A stretch of DNA of 43,282 bases from Candidatus Poseidoniales archaeon (GCA_028821675.1 JAPKFG010000003.1:1-43282); one strand, 5' to 3'; counted from the stretch's first letter, positions 28,498-37,359 are shown. Notes: a model not told the origin generated them from the sequence alone. Numbers and translations are program-made.

Positions 28498-30251
28498 ACT
28501 TAGGCACGCTGTTCAGCGGCCCTGACATGGCCACGATACTGATGCCTGAGTGGATCCTTCTGCTCGGCATCGTGGCGATGATTCTCGTGCCCAATCTGGG
28601 CAACGCGACCTTCCGTCTACCAATTCCTGGTACGAGCATCCGAATTCCCTACCTCATCGGTGGGAAGCGCTTCTCTGTGACAGGAGATCCTCGGGTGCCA
28701 GCCGCTATCGCGGCCTTCACGCTCTTCGCCTCCTTCATCACTGCTCTGTTGAGTCAGATTCTTGATTCAGGCGTCGGCATGGCTGAAGCCTGTGTGACGA
28801 TGAACGGATTGGTTCAGGACTGTACTTCAGATGGCACGCATATCCTGCGTGTTGATGCCTTTAGTCGTCTGATGGAGATGATCTTCACGGGTGCACTACT
28901 TCTCGCCCTTATCGCCAATTGGGACCGATTGCCTGCGACCCCTCATCATCGTATACCCCTCAAGCCCGAAGAAGACGAAATCAAAGAAACTCGACGCCTA
29001 TTCCGTCTGTTGAACAATCGTCGTCAGGTTGACTTCGCATTACTCGTTCTGATGGTCGCTCTGGGCATGTGTACTGTCGCTCTTTCGACCAATCTGTTCA
29101 TTCTATTCGTCGGTCTTGAATTGGCGAGCATGGCTTCCTATGTTCTCATCGCATTCAACAAGGAGACACAGGCGGGGCCAGAAGCTGGTGTGAAGTATTT
29201 CATCGTCGGTAGTGTGGCCAGTGCCATCGGCCTATACGGCATCTCAATGCTGTACATTTGGAATGGTGATTTGGCGATTTACGGCTCAGGAGGACTTGCT
29301 GCAAAGTGGGCGGCCGAAGGACCCAATGGATTGGCGACCATCGGTCTTGGAATGATGTTAGTAGCGTTCGGATTCAAGGTTAGTGCAGTTCCATTTCACT
29401 TTGCGGCACCCGATGCATATTCTGGGGCCAGCGGACCGGTTGCTGGTGTTCTAGCGACCGCGAGCAAGGCGATGGGATTCGTCGCCCTCATGCGTGTACT
29501 CATCGGCATTACATTGGCTGATGATGGCAGTGATTGGACCATACTCATTGGTGCGATTGCCGCGATTACCATGACATGGGGTAACATTGCTGCATTGGGC
29601 AGTCGAAACCCGAAGCGAATGTTGGCGTATTCCAGTGTTGCTCACGCGGGATACATCCTCGCGGGTATTGCAGCCATCGGTGCGCTTGGACCGGGTGATG
29701 GAAGCCAGTTGATTGCTACTGCCATCATGTTCCATCTAGCTGTGTTGGTCACGTTCAAACTCGGAGCATTCCTTGTCATCGCTCTGCTAGAGTGTGAGGG
29801 CCGAGGATACGAACTCGAGCACTACCATGGCCTTGCTCGCCGCGATCCGTTGATTGCCATCTCGATGTTGATATTCATGTTGGCACTGGCCGGTGTTCCA
29901 CCTCTCGCTGGCTTCCTTTCGAAGTTGATGATGGTCAGCGGCATCATCTCAAGCACGGTCGGTGATGTCTCCGGATCCAGCCTTTCCGAGGCCATGGGTT
30001 CTCTATCCTGGGTATTCTGGTTAGCCATCCTCATCTTCATCAACAGTGCGATATCGTTGTTCTATTATCTGCGAATATGTGTTGTCATGTTCTATGATGA
30101 ACCCGATAGAAATCTACGGCTTTCCAGGGCGCCCATGCTTCGAATCGCCATCATGCTCTGTACCATGGGCGCGGTTGTATTTGGCTTCGGCGTTTTGGCA
30201 GATGTCCTCGCATCGGCCGCTGCAGACGCTGCGACGGCCTTGTTCAGTTGA
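28494..30251 (+). CDS. nuoN: Complex I-like antiporter subunit N
   Basis: LELASM.SY.L, EAG.KYF..G, FKVSAVPFH..APD.Y.G, KRMLAYSSVAHAGY, LAGVPP.AGF.K. Confidence 0.96.
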   Translation: MNLGTLFSGPDMATILMPEWILLLGIVAMILVPNLGNATFRLPIPGTSIRIPYLIGGKRFSVTGDPRVPAAIAAFTLFASFITALLSQILDSGVGMAEACVTMNGLVQDCTSDGTHILRVDAFSRLMEMIFTGALLLALIANWDRLPATPHHRIPLKPEEDEIKETRRLFRLLNNRRQVDFALLVLMVALGMCTVALSTNLFILFVGLELASMASYVLIAFNKETQAGPEAGVKYFIVGSVASAIGLYGISMLYIWNGDLAIYGSGGLAAKWAAEGPNGLATIGLGMMLVAFGFKVSAVPFHFAAPDAYSGASGPVAGVLATASKAMGFVALMRVLIGITLADDGSDWTILIGAIAAITMTWGNIAALGSRNPKRMLAYSSVAHAGYILAGIAAIGALGPGDGSQLIATAIMFHLAVLVTFKLGAFLVIALLECEGRGYELEHYHGLARRDPLIAISMLIFMLALAGVPPLAGFLSKLMMVSGIISSTVGDVSGSSLSEAMGSLSWVFWLAILIFINSAISLFYYLRICVVMFYDEPDRNLRLSRAPMLRIAIMLCTMGAVVFGFGVLADVLASAAADAATALFS

Positions 30252-30292
30252 GTTTTGACTCTGAAAATGAGACCCTCTTTGGCGCCTCCGTG

Positions 30293-30300
30293 TTTATGTA
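30293..30300 (+). promoter_or_regulatory. Putative TATA box of the aIF1A-rio1 unit (TTTATGTA)
   Basis: TATA-like octamer ending 28 nt before ATG 30328 in a 76-nt intergenic gap. Confidence 0.55.
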
Positions 30301-30327
30301 GGGCGGTCGATTCGGCGGCTTGTTACC

Positions 30328-30933
30328 ATGGGACGACGTCGAGAGGAAACAGTCGATGAGGAGTTGCTGGCGCAGCTTGAAGGCGACTCCAGCGACAAAA
30401 TCAGAGTCCCACTTCCCAAAGAAAGAATCAACGAAATGTTCGCCATTGCCGACCAGATTTTGGGCGGTCGAAGGGTCCGGGTCATCTGCGCGGATGGCGA
30501 GACTCGTTTGGCTCGAATTCCCGGCAAGATGCGACGACGCCAATGGGTGCGTGAAGGTGATTTAATCGTCGTCCAGCCTTGGGATTTCCAAGATGCTAAA
30601 GCCGATGTGAAGAAGCGTTACACTAAGACTCAATCTCTCTATCTGTCCCGGAAAGGAGTCCTGCCTGAAGTTGTAGACGTATTTGGCAGTGGAACCGATA
30701 CTTGGGATGATCTTGACGATGCGGGTATTTTCGGTGGAGGCGATGATGTTGAAACCGAGGCTGCCCCTGTTGAAGAAAAGATCGTGGCTGTCGAAGAAGA
30801 GGACAAAGCCGAAGAAACCACTGAAGAAGAACCCGTTGCGGACGAACCTGAACCTGCACCGGCGGCTGAACCAGAGCCAGATGACGTAACCGACGACGAC
30901 GACGACATCGACAGCCTGTTCGGTCCAGCATAG
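30328..30933 (+). CDS. eif1a: Translation initiation factor aIF-1A with ~80-aa acidic C-terminal tail
   Basis: LGG.RVRV.C.DG.TRLARIPGKMRRRQWVREGD.IVVQPWDFQ..KADV..RY OB-fold signature. Confidence 0.96.
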   Translation: MGRRREETVDEELLAQLEGDSSDKIRVPLPKERINEMFAIADQILGGRRVRVICADGETRLARIPGKMRRRQWVREGDLIVVQPWDFQDAKADVKKRYTKTQSLYLSRKGVLPEVVDVFGSGTDTWDDLDDAGIFGGGDDVETEAAPVEEKIVAVEEEDKAEETTEEEPVADEPEPAPAAEPEPDDVTDDDDDIDSLFGPA

Positions 30934-30944
30934 GAGGTGTAAGC

Positions 30945-31934
30945 ATCGCCCGACGCCGGAAGGCTCGTCGCGAAGGCGACTCTCGAGATTGGACCGAATT
31001 GGGAGATTCTGAGAATGTCGATCTCGATGCGGACCCCACGGAAGTAGAACTTTCGATTGAGGCCGAGAATATCGCCCTCGCAGAAGAAAAATGGGATGCC
31101 GCTGAGGCTGAGATGGACCTCCATTCTGAAATGGACAAGAAACAGGATTCTTGGTCATGGATGAATGAGAAGAAATACGCCAAGATATTCAAAGAGATTG
31201 AGCACCGATTAGAGGGCGTTCTTGGTAAGGGTAAGTTTGAGTGGGCCGATCGTCGTGTTTTCGATCAAGTTTTCGATCAGCGCACACTTCTTGCCATCTA
31301 CAAACTCATGCAACAGGGACATATCGACACTATCGATTGGCCAATTGCTCGGGGCAAAGAGGCCCATGTATTCCATGCGACGACACTCAATGGTGTGGCT
31401 GCGGTGAAGATTTTTCACACCAGTAATGCTGTGTTCAAAGGGCTCATGCAATACATTGAGGGGGATCCAAGATTCGGTGGTTTGCGCCGCCGTCATCACG
31501 AACTGGTCAACGTATGGGTCAGGAAAGAATACCGTAATTTGATGCGGATGTCCAAGCATGGATTGCGTGTTCCAGAACCACATGCCATCTTCCGAAATGT
31601 CTTGGTCATGGATTATCTCGGAGAATCAGAAGGACCAAGCCCTCGACTCCGCGATGTCGAGGTTGAGGATGCCGCACCCATCTTCGATGAATTGTTGAAT
31701 TGGTTGAGAGTATGTTGGCAGGAAGCTGAACTTGTTCATGCTGATTTCAGTGAATACAACATCCTTTGGCATCAGGGTGAGCCCCGAATCATCGATGTCG
31801 GTCAGGCGGTCACGAAAGGTCACCCAAATGCCGAGGATTTCCTCGTTCGTGATGTTACTCGATTGGTTGAATGGGCACAAAGACAAGGTGTCGATGTTGA
31901 TGTGGCCGAGGCCATGGCCAACGTACTATACTGA
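30945..31934 (+). CDS. rio1: RIO1 kinase/ATPase (small-subunit maturation); probable ATC start at 30945, first standard start TTG 30999
   Basis: VFD.RT...IYKL, GKEA.VF, AVKIF, YI.GDPRF, W..KE.RNL, LVHADFSEYNIL, IIDVGQAV...HP.A..FL.RD. Start inferred from SD spacing (see findings). Confidence 0.93.
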   Translation: MARRRKARREGDSRDWTELGDSENVDLDADPTEVELSIEAENIALAEEKWDAAEAEMDLHSEMDKKQDSWSWMNEKKYAKIFKEIEHRLEGVLGKGKFEWADRRVFDQVFDQRTLLAIYKLMQQGHIDTIDWPIARGKEAHVFHATTLNGVAAVKIFHTSNAVFKGLMQYIEGDPRFGGLRRRHHELVNVWVRKEYRNLMRMSKHGLRVPEPHAIFRNVLVMDYLGESEGPSPRLRDVEVEDAAPIFDELLNWLRVCWQEAELVHADFSEYNILWHQGEPRIIDVGQAVTKGHPNAEDFLVRDVTRLVEWAQRQGVDVDVAEAMANVLY

Positions 31935-32657
31935 TCATTCTTCTTCGTATCCAATCGATTCGTCTTCAGCGAGTTCCATCATATCCTCGACTGCTTCATC
32001 ATCCTCTGGATTGACTTGCGCATCTTTGTATCGACGTTCTCTCTTGCGTCGAGCCGCATCAAGTCCAGGTACTAGCACCTCAAATCGATCGCCATCATCT
32101 CGAGTACCGATGGATTCCAAATTACGCGAGGACATACGTTTCTTGCGACGTTGGGTTTCAAGATGCTTCAGAACAGACGAATGCTCGGCACCCTGCAACA
32201 ATCTCTCAATCGCTTGACCGGCCAATGGTAACGCCTCTTCGTCGCCGATAATCACAACGGTCGAACCATAGATTGCGATTTCTGCACCCGAATGCTCTTC
32301 AATCAATTCTCGAATTCTCCCATTACGTCCAATCAATCGACTTCGGATTCGTCTTTGCTGGTTCGGACTCTTTCCGACATACTCTCGCATATCATAGAGC
32401 CTGAGGTGTTGATCGTCCTTGAGCAACTCTAGAGCACGTTCCGGATTCATCCCCCTTCCGATGGCACGAATGACATCAGGGAGTTTCATGCGCAGAATCG
32501 GGTCAAATTCCTCATCCCATACCACGGATACATCGCCACTGCTTGAATCGATGTGGAGTGATGATTTAGTGGCCTTTTCAAGCGCTCGACGCGTGGCGCC
32601 CTTACGTCCAATCAATACCGCAATGCGGTCTTGGGGAATTCGGGCGAGGCCTTCCAT
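31935..32657 (-). CDS. pno1: KH-domain pre-rRNA processing protein Dim2/Pno1 (Krr1 family)
   Basis: RIP.DRIAVLIGRKG.TR, IRAIGRG.NPE.A..L, R.RLIGRNG..R..IE, G..H.SV. Confidence 0.92.
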   Translation of the reverse strand: MEGLARIPQDRIAVLIGRKGATRRALEKATKSSLHIDSSSGDVSVVWDEEFDPILRMKLPDVIRAIGRGMNPERALELLKDDQHLRLYDMREYVGKSPNQQRRIRSRLIGRNGRIRELIEEHSGAEIAIYGSTVVIIGDEEALPLAGQAIERLLQGAEHSSVLKHLETQRRKKRMSSRNLESIGTRDDGDRFEVLVPGLDAARRKRERRYKDAQVNPEDDEAVEDMMELAEDESIGYEEE

Positions 32658-32684
32658 CGGCCACCGCGACCGGGGGCTCCTCTT

Positions 32685-34475
32685 TCAAGACGCCGATTCC
32701 CGATGTTTGAGTACTCGACTGGCAAACAAGCCTGCGATGAGCAAGAGCACCAGGTCTGGTGCAAAGCCAGATACTGAGCCAATGACCTCTGGGTTCGCTG
32801 CCCCGATTAGGAGGAATGCCTCATTATTACCCTCGTCACGTTCAGAAATCGAGTCATCAGGGTCAACCATGACACGTATGTCAAATTCTCCCGCCGTTAA
32901 CAGTGTGATATTCACAACAACTCGCTCTTGTTGATCAATGAGGGACCCCGTACTGATTGCAACCGAATTCAAGGTTGTCCATTCAGTCATTGAATCACGA
33001 CTCGCTGGAGCACTTTCAACTCGAACTACGACGCTTCCAGAGTAGACTTCGTTGGTGTCGATGTAGGCTTCAAGTTGAACTGAATCTTGCGAACCAGCTC
33101 GTACAACGAGACGGTCAAGCGATGCATCCGATATGGAGAAGTCAAGCCCCGGTAAGATGAGGAAATGTGAAGCCGGCGTAGTGACCGTATTTCCCGCAGT
33201 ATCGACAAGTGTTGTTCGTAGAGAAAGGAATTGCCCGGCCCGAGTCGTCCAATCGATTGCAGCGGAGAGTGAGTTTGAGGTCCCTGAACCTACACTGAGC
33301 CAATCAGAAGAGATGTCAGGTATTGTACCCGCTCCATTGGAATCAAATCCATATTCGATACTACATGAGGCGACGTCAATTCCAGAATTCGCATCGGTTG
33401 CATCGATGCTAATCGCCACTTGGCCACTCAGGGAATCTGTGAGTTCCGGAAGAATCCATCCCCCAGCTACAGGTGCTGAACGATCAATCATCATTGTTAC
33501 ATCGAGTGAGTCCCCGATATTGCTGACTCTATCCACGGCACGGAATTGAATCGTTCTCACACCTTCGTCCAAACTCATAGATCCAGAACCTGCAGACCCG
33601 ATATCAGTCCATTCATCGGTGCTATCGCGCACGTGGTAGGTAGCAATCCCCGATCCATCGTTATCGGTTGCTCCACTGGATAAACCGTTGAAAATTAGGG
33701 TTGTTGCATCATTCCAACTTCCTGGTGCCACTGAAAGCGAAGGCGTTCCGACCTCAGGCCCGCTGCGATCGATTCCAATGTGGATGGAGGTCTGTGCTGA
33801 ATTCCCGCCTTCATCAAACACCGATAGAACCGGATTCCATGTTCCCTCTGTCAAGTCACCGGGAGACCATGCCCAAGAATTGAGAAGTGTACTTGGCCCA
33901 TCTTGGGGGGGATTTCCTGAACCGGGGACATTCGTGAGCGTCGCATGAGAGAGGTGAGAATCTGAGCCATTCCAATCGAAATTCATGGTTCCAGTTTCCG
34001 CTGTGGTGAACCATGCTCGGCTGATTGTCGAAGAACCATCTCCAATCACCGCTCCAGTTGTACTCAATGAGAGACTGGTGGGTGCTGTGTTGTCGATGAT
34101 GAAGGTTGGGCTCATCACCCATCCCGTTGTGGTTGAATTGGTAAAGGTCCCTTCAATTCTCAATTGATAATCGCCATCACTGTGTGAACTGGTGTCCCAA
34201 GCGGATAACCAAGGCGCATCGGTCACATTGGCGACTGGGGACCATGTAGCCCCATCTGAGACCTCGATATTGATGTAATCCATGTCGATAACATTGGTCA
34301 TGAGAATCGTGTATGTTCCAGAGACAACCTGATTGATATTAGGTCCTCCACTGAAGTCCAAATCATCGCTTCGACCTGACGATGCATCAACTGTCATCCA
34401 AGCCCCATGAGGAACCGCACACAGCAGAATCACCACGAAAGTGGAGACAAAGACACGGCGAGAAAGCATCGGCAC
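32685..34475 (-). CDS. Surface protein with Ig-like repeats, a CARDB domain and a C-terminal anchor
   Basis: Signal peptide; repeats ending IDNTAP / IDRSGP / IDRSAP; WDT...DG.Y; VDPDDSISERDEGNN; C-terminal VSGF + hydrophobic + basic. Start is GTG 34475 or ATG 34469. Confidence 0.87.
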   Translation of the reverse strand: MPMLSRRVFVSTFVVILLCAVPHGAWMTVDASSGRSDDLDFSGGPNINQVVSGTYTILMTNVIDMDYINIEVSDGATWSPVANVTDAPWLSAWDTSSHSDGDYQLRIEGTFTNSTTTGWVMSPTFIIDNTAPTSLSLSTTGAVIGDGSSTISRAWFTTAETGTMNFDWNGSDSHLSHATLTNVPGSGNPPQDGPSTLLNSWAWSPGDLTEGTWNPVLSVFDEGGNSAQTSIHIGIDRSGPEVGTPSLSVAPGSWNDATTLIFNGLSSGATDNDGSGIATYHVRDSTDEWTDIGSAGSGSMSLDEGVRTIQFRAVDRVSNIGDSLDVTMMIDRSAPVAGGWILPELTDSLSGQVAISIDATDANSGIDVASCSIEYGFDSNGAGTIPDISSDWLSVGSGTSNSLSAAIDWTTRAGQFLSLRTTLVDTAGNTVTTPASHFLILPGLDFSISDASLDRLVVRAGSQDSVQLEAYIDTNEVYSGSVVVRVESAPASRDSMTEWTTLNSVAISTGSLIDQQERVVVNITLLTAGEFDIRVMVDPDDSISERDEGNNEAFLLIGAANPEVIGSVSGFAPDLVLLLIAGLFASRVLKHRESAS

Positions 34476-34525
34476 CAATCCTCGCACAATATGCACCGCC
34501 CTTCAAGGCTTTCCAATGGGGCCCG

Positions 34526-34550
34526 TAACCCCGTCCCTTGCACGGGGTTA
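34526..34550. promoter_or_regulatory. Perfect 9-bp inverted repeat in a divergent promoter region
   Basis: TAACCCCGT-N7-ACGGGGTTA between two outward-facing TTGAAG boxes (34501-34506 minus; 34573-34578 plus). Confidence 0.5.
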
Positions 34551-34602
34551 TCAGGTGATTTCGGAAGCAGGTTTGAAGTGCCTTGGCTGCTCTCATGAAC
34601 CC

Positions 34603-37296
34603 ATGGAGCGGCCCCCGCTAGCACATATCCTGTGCGCTCTCCTCTTCGTTGCGCCGTTATTGGCAATCTCCACTTCAGTTAGTGCTGAATTGTCCGGCGA
34701 GGTCGCTTTCAGCACTGAGGGCCTTTCGATGAGCCCTTCAACTGCTGTTGAAGGAGGTGACGTCACATTCACACTTTCACTACAGAATGTCGCTAATATC
34801 ATCGCTGAAGATGTCGTTGTCGAGTTCCACAAGAACGTATTCCAAATGGGCAGCCCTTCTGCGTTACACACTGTAGACATCGATGCAAGTTCGTTTGAGG
34901 ATGTCAATTTCGTTTGGACGAATTTGGCATGGGGTGATGGCGAACAGACATTGATCATCCGTGTCAATCACAACGATGATCCAAAAATCATCTCTCATGA
35001 TTTCGATGTCGAGGGTTTGGCCAACCTTCGATTTGCACATTTTGAGTTGTCTCCCGCATCAGGCGCACACGAGGGTGATTCGATTCAAATTCAAGTCAAA
35101 GTCGAAAATTCTGGACATGCGGATGCTCCAGCCAGCCATCTTGATCTGACGGTAGCAGGCAGCGCAAATCTACTCCCTGTATCTTCTCTACAAGCAGGTG
35201 ACAGTCTTTGGATGAACCAGACGGCGACAGCGCCGGTTGCGGGTACATACGATGTCACTGGTGTTGTCAATGCCGACAGTGGCGACAATATCGTTGAATC
35301 GACCACTGCTGATAATTCTGAATCACGATCTATGATTATCGATACATTGCCTGATTACCGACATGCTGACGGCCCCACTATCGTTGCAGATGCCGGTTTG
35401 TCAGGCCCTTGGACTGTTAGTGGAACCATCGCTCGAGATGGTGGGGCCGGCACTACAACCGCTCCACTTGACATTCGAATCCAGAATGGAATTACTTTGG
35501 AAATCGTTAATCTATCATTCACTGATGCCGACGCCTTTGCTGAGTATTCCGTCGTTATCACAACCGGTGATTTGACAGACCCCACACCGGGCGATACGCA
35601 CCTCGATTTGGAAATCGACCCTTCTTCAAGCGTTGCCCAGTCGAATCCTTTCAATAATCTGGAATCAGCTGTTCTCACCATCTATCAGGAACCTAACGTC
35701 GTCGTGACAGGAGCCTCACCGCAAACGCCGACAACCACACCGGGGAATATGGTCACATTCACAGTGACATTACAGAATGTAGGCATGGTCACTGCGACCG
35801 GAGATTTGACAGCGACTTTTGATGGCGAAATCATCGAAACAAAGTCAGGCCTCATCATTCCAGCATCCAATACTGGCAATCAAGGCCAGATTAGTGTGAC
35901 CTTCGACGCAATCGCAGAAGGAATTACCCGTGATATTCCCTTTGAGGCAAGTTGGACCAAAACCCCAGGATCTTACGATCGATTGGGAACTGATAACATC
36001 GTGACCAGTTCGGTTAGTCTCATTTCCGACCTCCAATTGCGATTCATCCTTGGCACTGAAGGTTGGTCTGCAGGGCCACCACTTTACGCCGGGTACACAT
36101 ATGTCTACTCGATTGATGTCAATGCTACGAGTGGTGCAGGCGAGGAAACTTTCGATTGTGTCGACCGTTCAACCGGAACGACTCTAGATACCACATCTTC
36201 ACTCGTGTTTGATACCGGTGGACAACAGACCATTCGTTGTGAGATTGATGTGGGTTTGCCTGGAGAAATTGAACTCTCTATTACCCCACGTGGAACCAGC
36301 GTGACACCGCATGCTAAGGTATGGGATGTCGAGCGTGAGGGAGGTGTAGATATTGAAGGAGAGGACGAATCCAAATCAATCGTTCTCTTCGCAGTTGCCG
36401 GATTTGTAGCTTTGGTTGCTTTGATTGGTGCCGTTATTCTCACTCGCCGTGGATTGGCTGATGCCGAACGTGAAACATACGACCTCTGTCCTGCGTGTGA
36501 TGGTGATATTGAAGGCGATGAAGACATTTGTCCACATTGTGATTTTGACCTTCGAGTTGGACGAACAAAATTCCACGATTGTCTCGAATGCAATTCCACA
36601 ATCCCTTCGATGTTAGAACATTGCCCATATTGTGGTTCTGAGCAAGATCTCAGCACTCATTACTCGCGTCGTGAACGCAAATTCAAGCCACTCCCTGCAG
36701 TGGCTGAAGTTGAGCCTGAGCTTGAAGAAGATGATGAAGACGAAATTGTCCGAGGCCACGAAGGCTTCGACAAGCATGTAGGTTCTCTCGGTTTCAAAGA
36801 GGAGCAATGGGAAGGTGAATGGGATGAGAATATCACAGAAGCAGAGGAGTATTTCGATTCCCAAGAGGTAGAACGTATCAGTACGGAAGTGGCCGCCACC
36901 GCAGACGTCGAAGCTGAGAACACCGTGACATCAACTGAACTGGGTGAAGCAATGGAAGAAATGCCAAGGCACGACCTAGATTCTTTCCTTGGCGATGTTG
37001 AATCACGCCGTCACTTGTCCGATGCTGATGTTGAATTAACTGCCTCAGATGCCGATTATCGTGAAGAGATCTTTGAATTGACTGGCGAAGACGGCGTCCT
37101 ACCTGGACAACAGGTCAATGTTGATGCAATGATTGACAATACTGTGGTTGGGAATGAAGTCCGTTCTGCAAGCAGTGATTTCACCATCCCCGATGAACCT
37201 GAACCAGCCACCAAGGTTGAGCCTGAATCGGAATCAACCGAGGCAGATTCTGGTTCAAAGCGGCGTGGCATTCGCCGTCGCAAGAAGGAAGAGTGA
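34603..37296 (+). CDS. CARDB-repeat membrane protein with cytoplasmic double zinc ribbon and acidic tail
   Basis: Signal peptide from ATG 34603; LQNV / VENSG / LQNVG CARDB-like units; TM; CPAC-CPHC-CLEC-CPYC; D/E-rich tail ending KRRGIRRRKKEE. Confidence 0.87.
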   Translation: MERPPLAHILCALLFVAPLLAISTSVSAELSGEVAFSTEGLSMSPSTAVEGGDVTFTLSLQNVANIIAEDVVVEFHKNVFQMGSPSALHTVDIDASSFEDVNFVWTNLAWGDGEQTLIIRVNHNDDPKIISHDFDVEGLANLRFAHFELSPASGAHEGDSIQIQVKVENSGHADAPASHLDLTVAGSANLLPVSSLQAGDSLWMNQTATAPVAGTYDVTGVVNADSGDNIVESTTADNSESRSMIIDTLPDYRHADGPTIVADAGLSGPWTVSGTIARDGGAGTTTAPLDIRIQNGITLEIVNLSFTDADAFAEYSVVITTGDLTDPTPGDTHLDLEIDPSSSVAQSNPFNNLESAVLTIYQEPNVVVTGASPQTPTTTPGNMVTFTVTLQNVGMVTATGDLTATFDGEIIETKSGLIIPASNTGNQGQISVTFDAIAEGITRDIPFEASWTKTPGSYDRLGTDNIVTSSVSLISDLQLRFILGTEGWSAGPPLYAGYTYVYSIDVNATSGAGEETFDCVDRSTGTTLDTTSSLVFDTGGQQTIRCEIDVGLPGEIELSITPRGTSVTPHAKVWDVEREGGVDIEGEDESKSIVLFAVAGFVALVALIGAVILTRRGLADAERETYDLCPACDGDIEGDEDICPHCDFDLRVGRTKFHDCLECNSTIPSMLEHCPYCGSEQDLSTHYSRRERKFKPLPAVAEVEPELEEDDEDEIVRGHEGFDKHVGSLGFKEEQWEGEWDENITEAEEYFDSQEVERISTEVAATADVEAENTVTSTELGEAMEEMPRHDLDSFLGDVESRRHLSDADVELTASDADYREEIFELTGEDGVLPGQQVNVDAMIDNTVVGNEVRSASSDFTIPDEPEPATKVEPESESTEADSGSKRRGIRRRKKEE

Positions 37297-37359
37297 CGAG
37301 TTCCGAGGCCGTCAGACAGAAATGCCCTCCCCTGCACCCAAGGGGTAGGGGAGAGGGCG

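Noticed and set aside
30562-31192. All three minus-strand frames are open for ~480 nt opposite aIF1A/rio1
   Set aside because: Explained by GAA/GAC/GAT-rich acidic coding that lacks TTA/CTA/TCA on the plus strand; the translations are low-complexity with no motifs.
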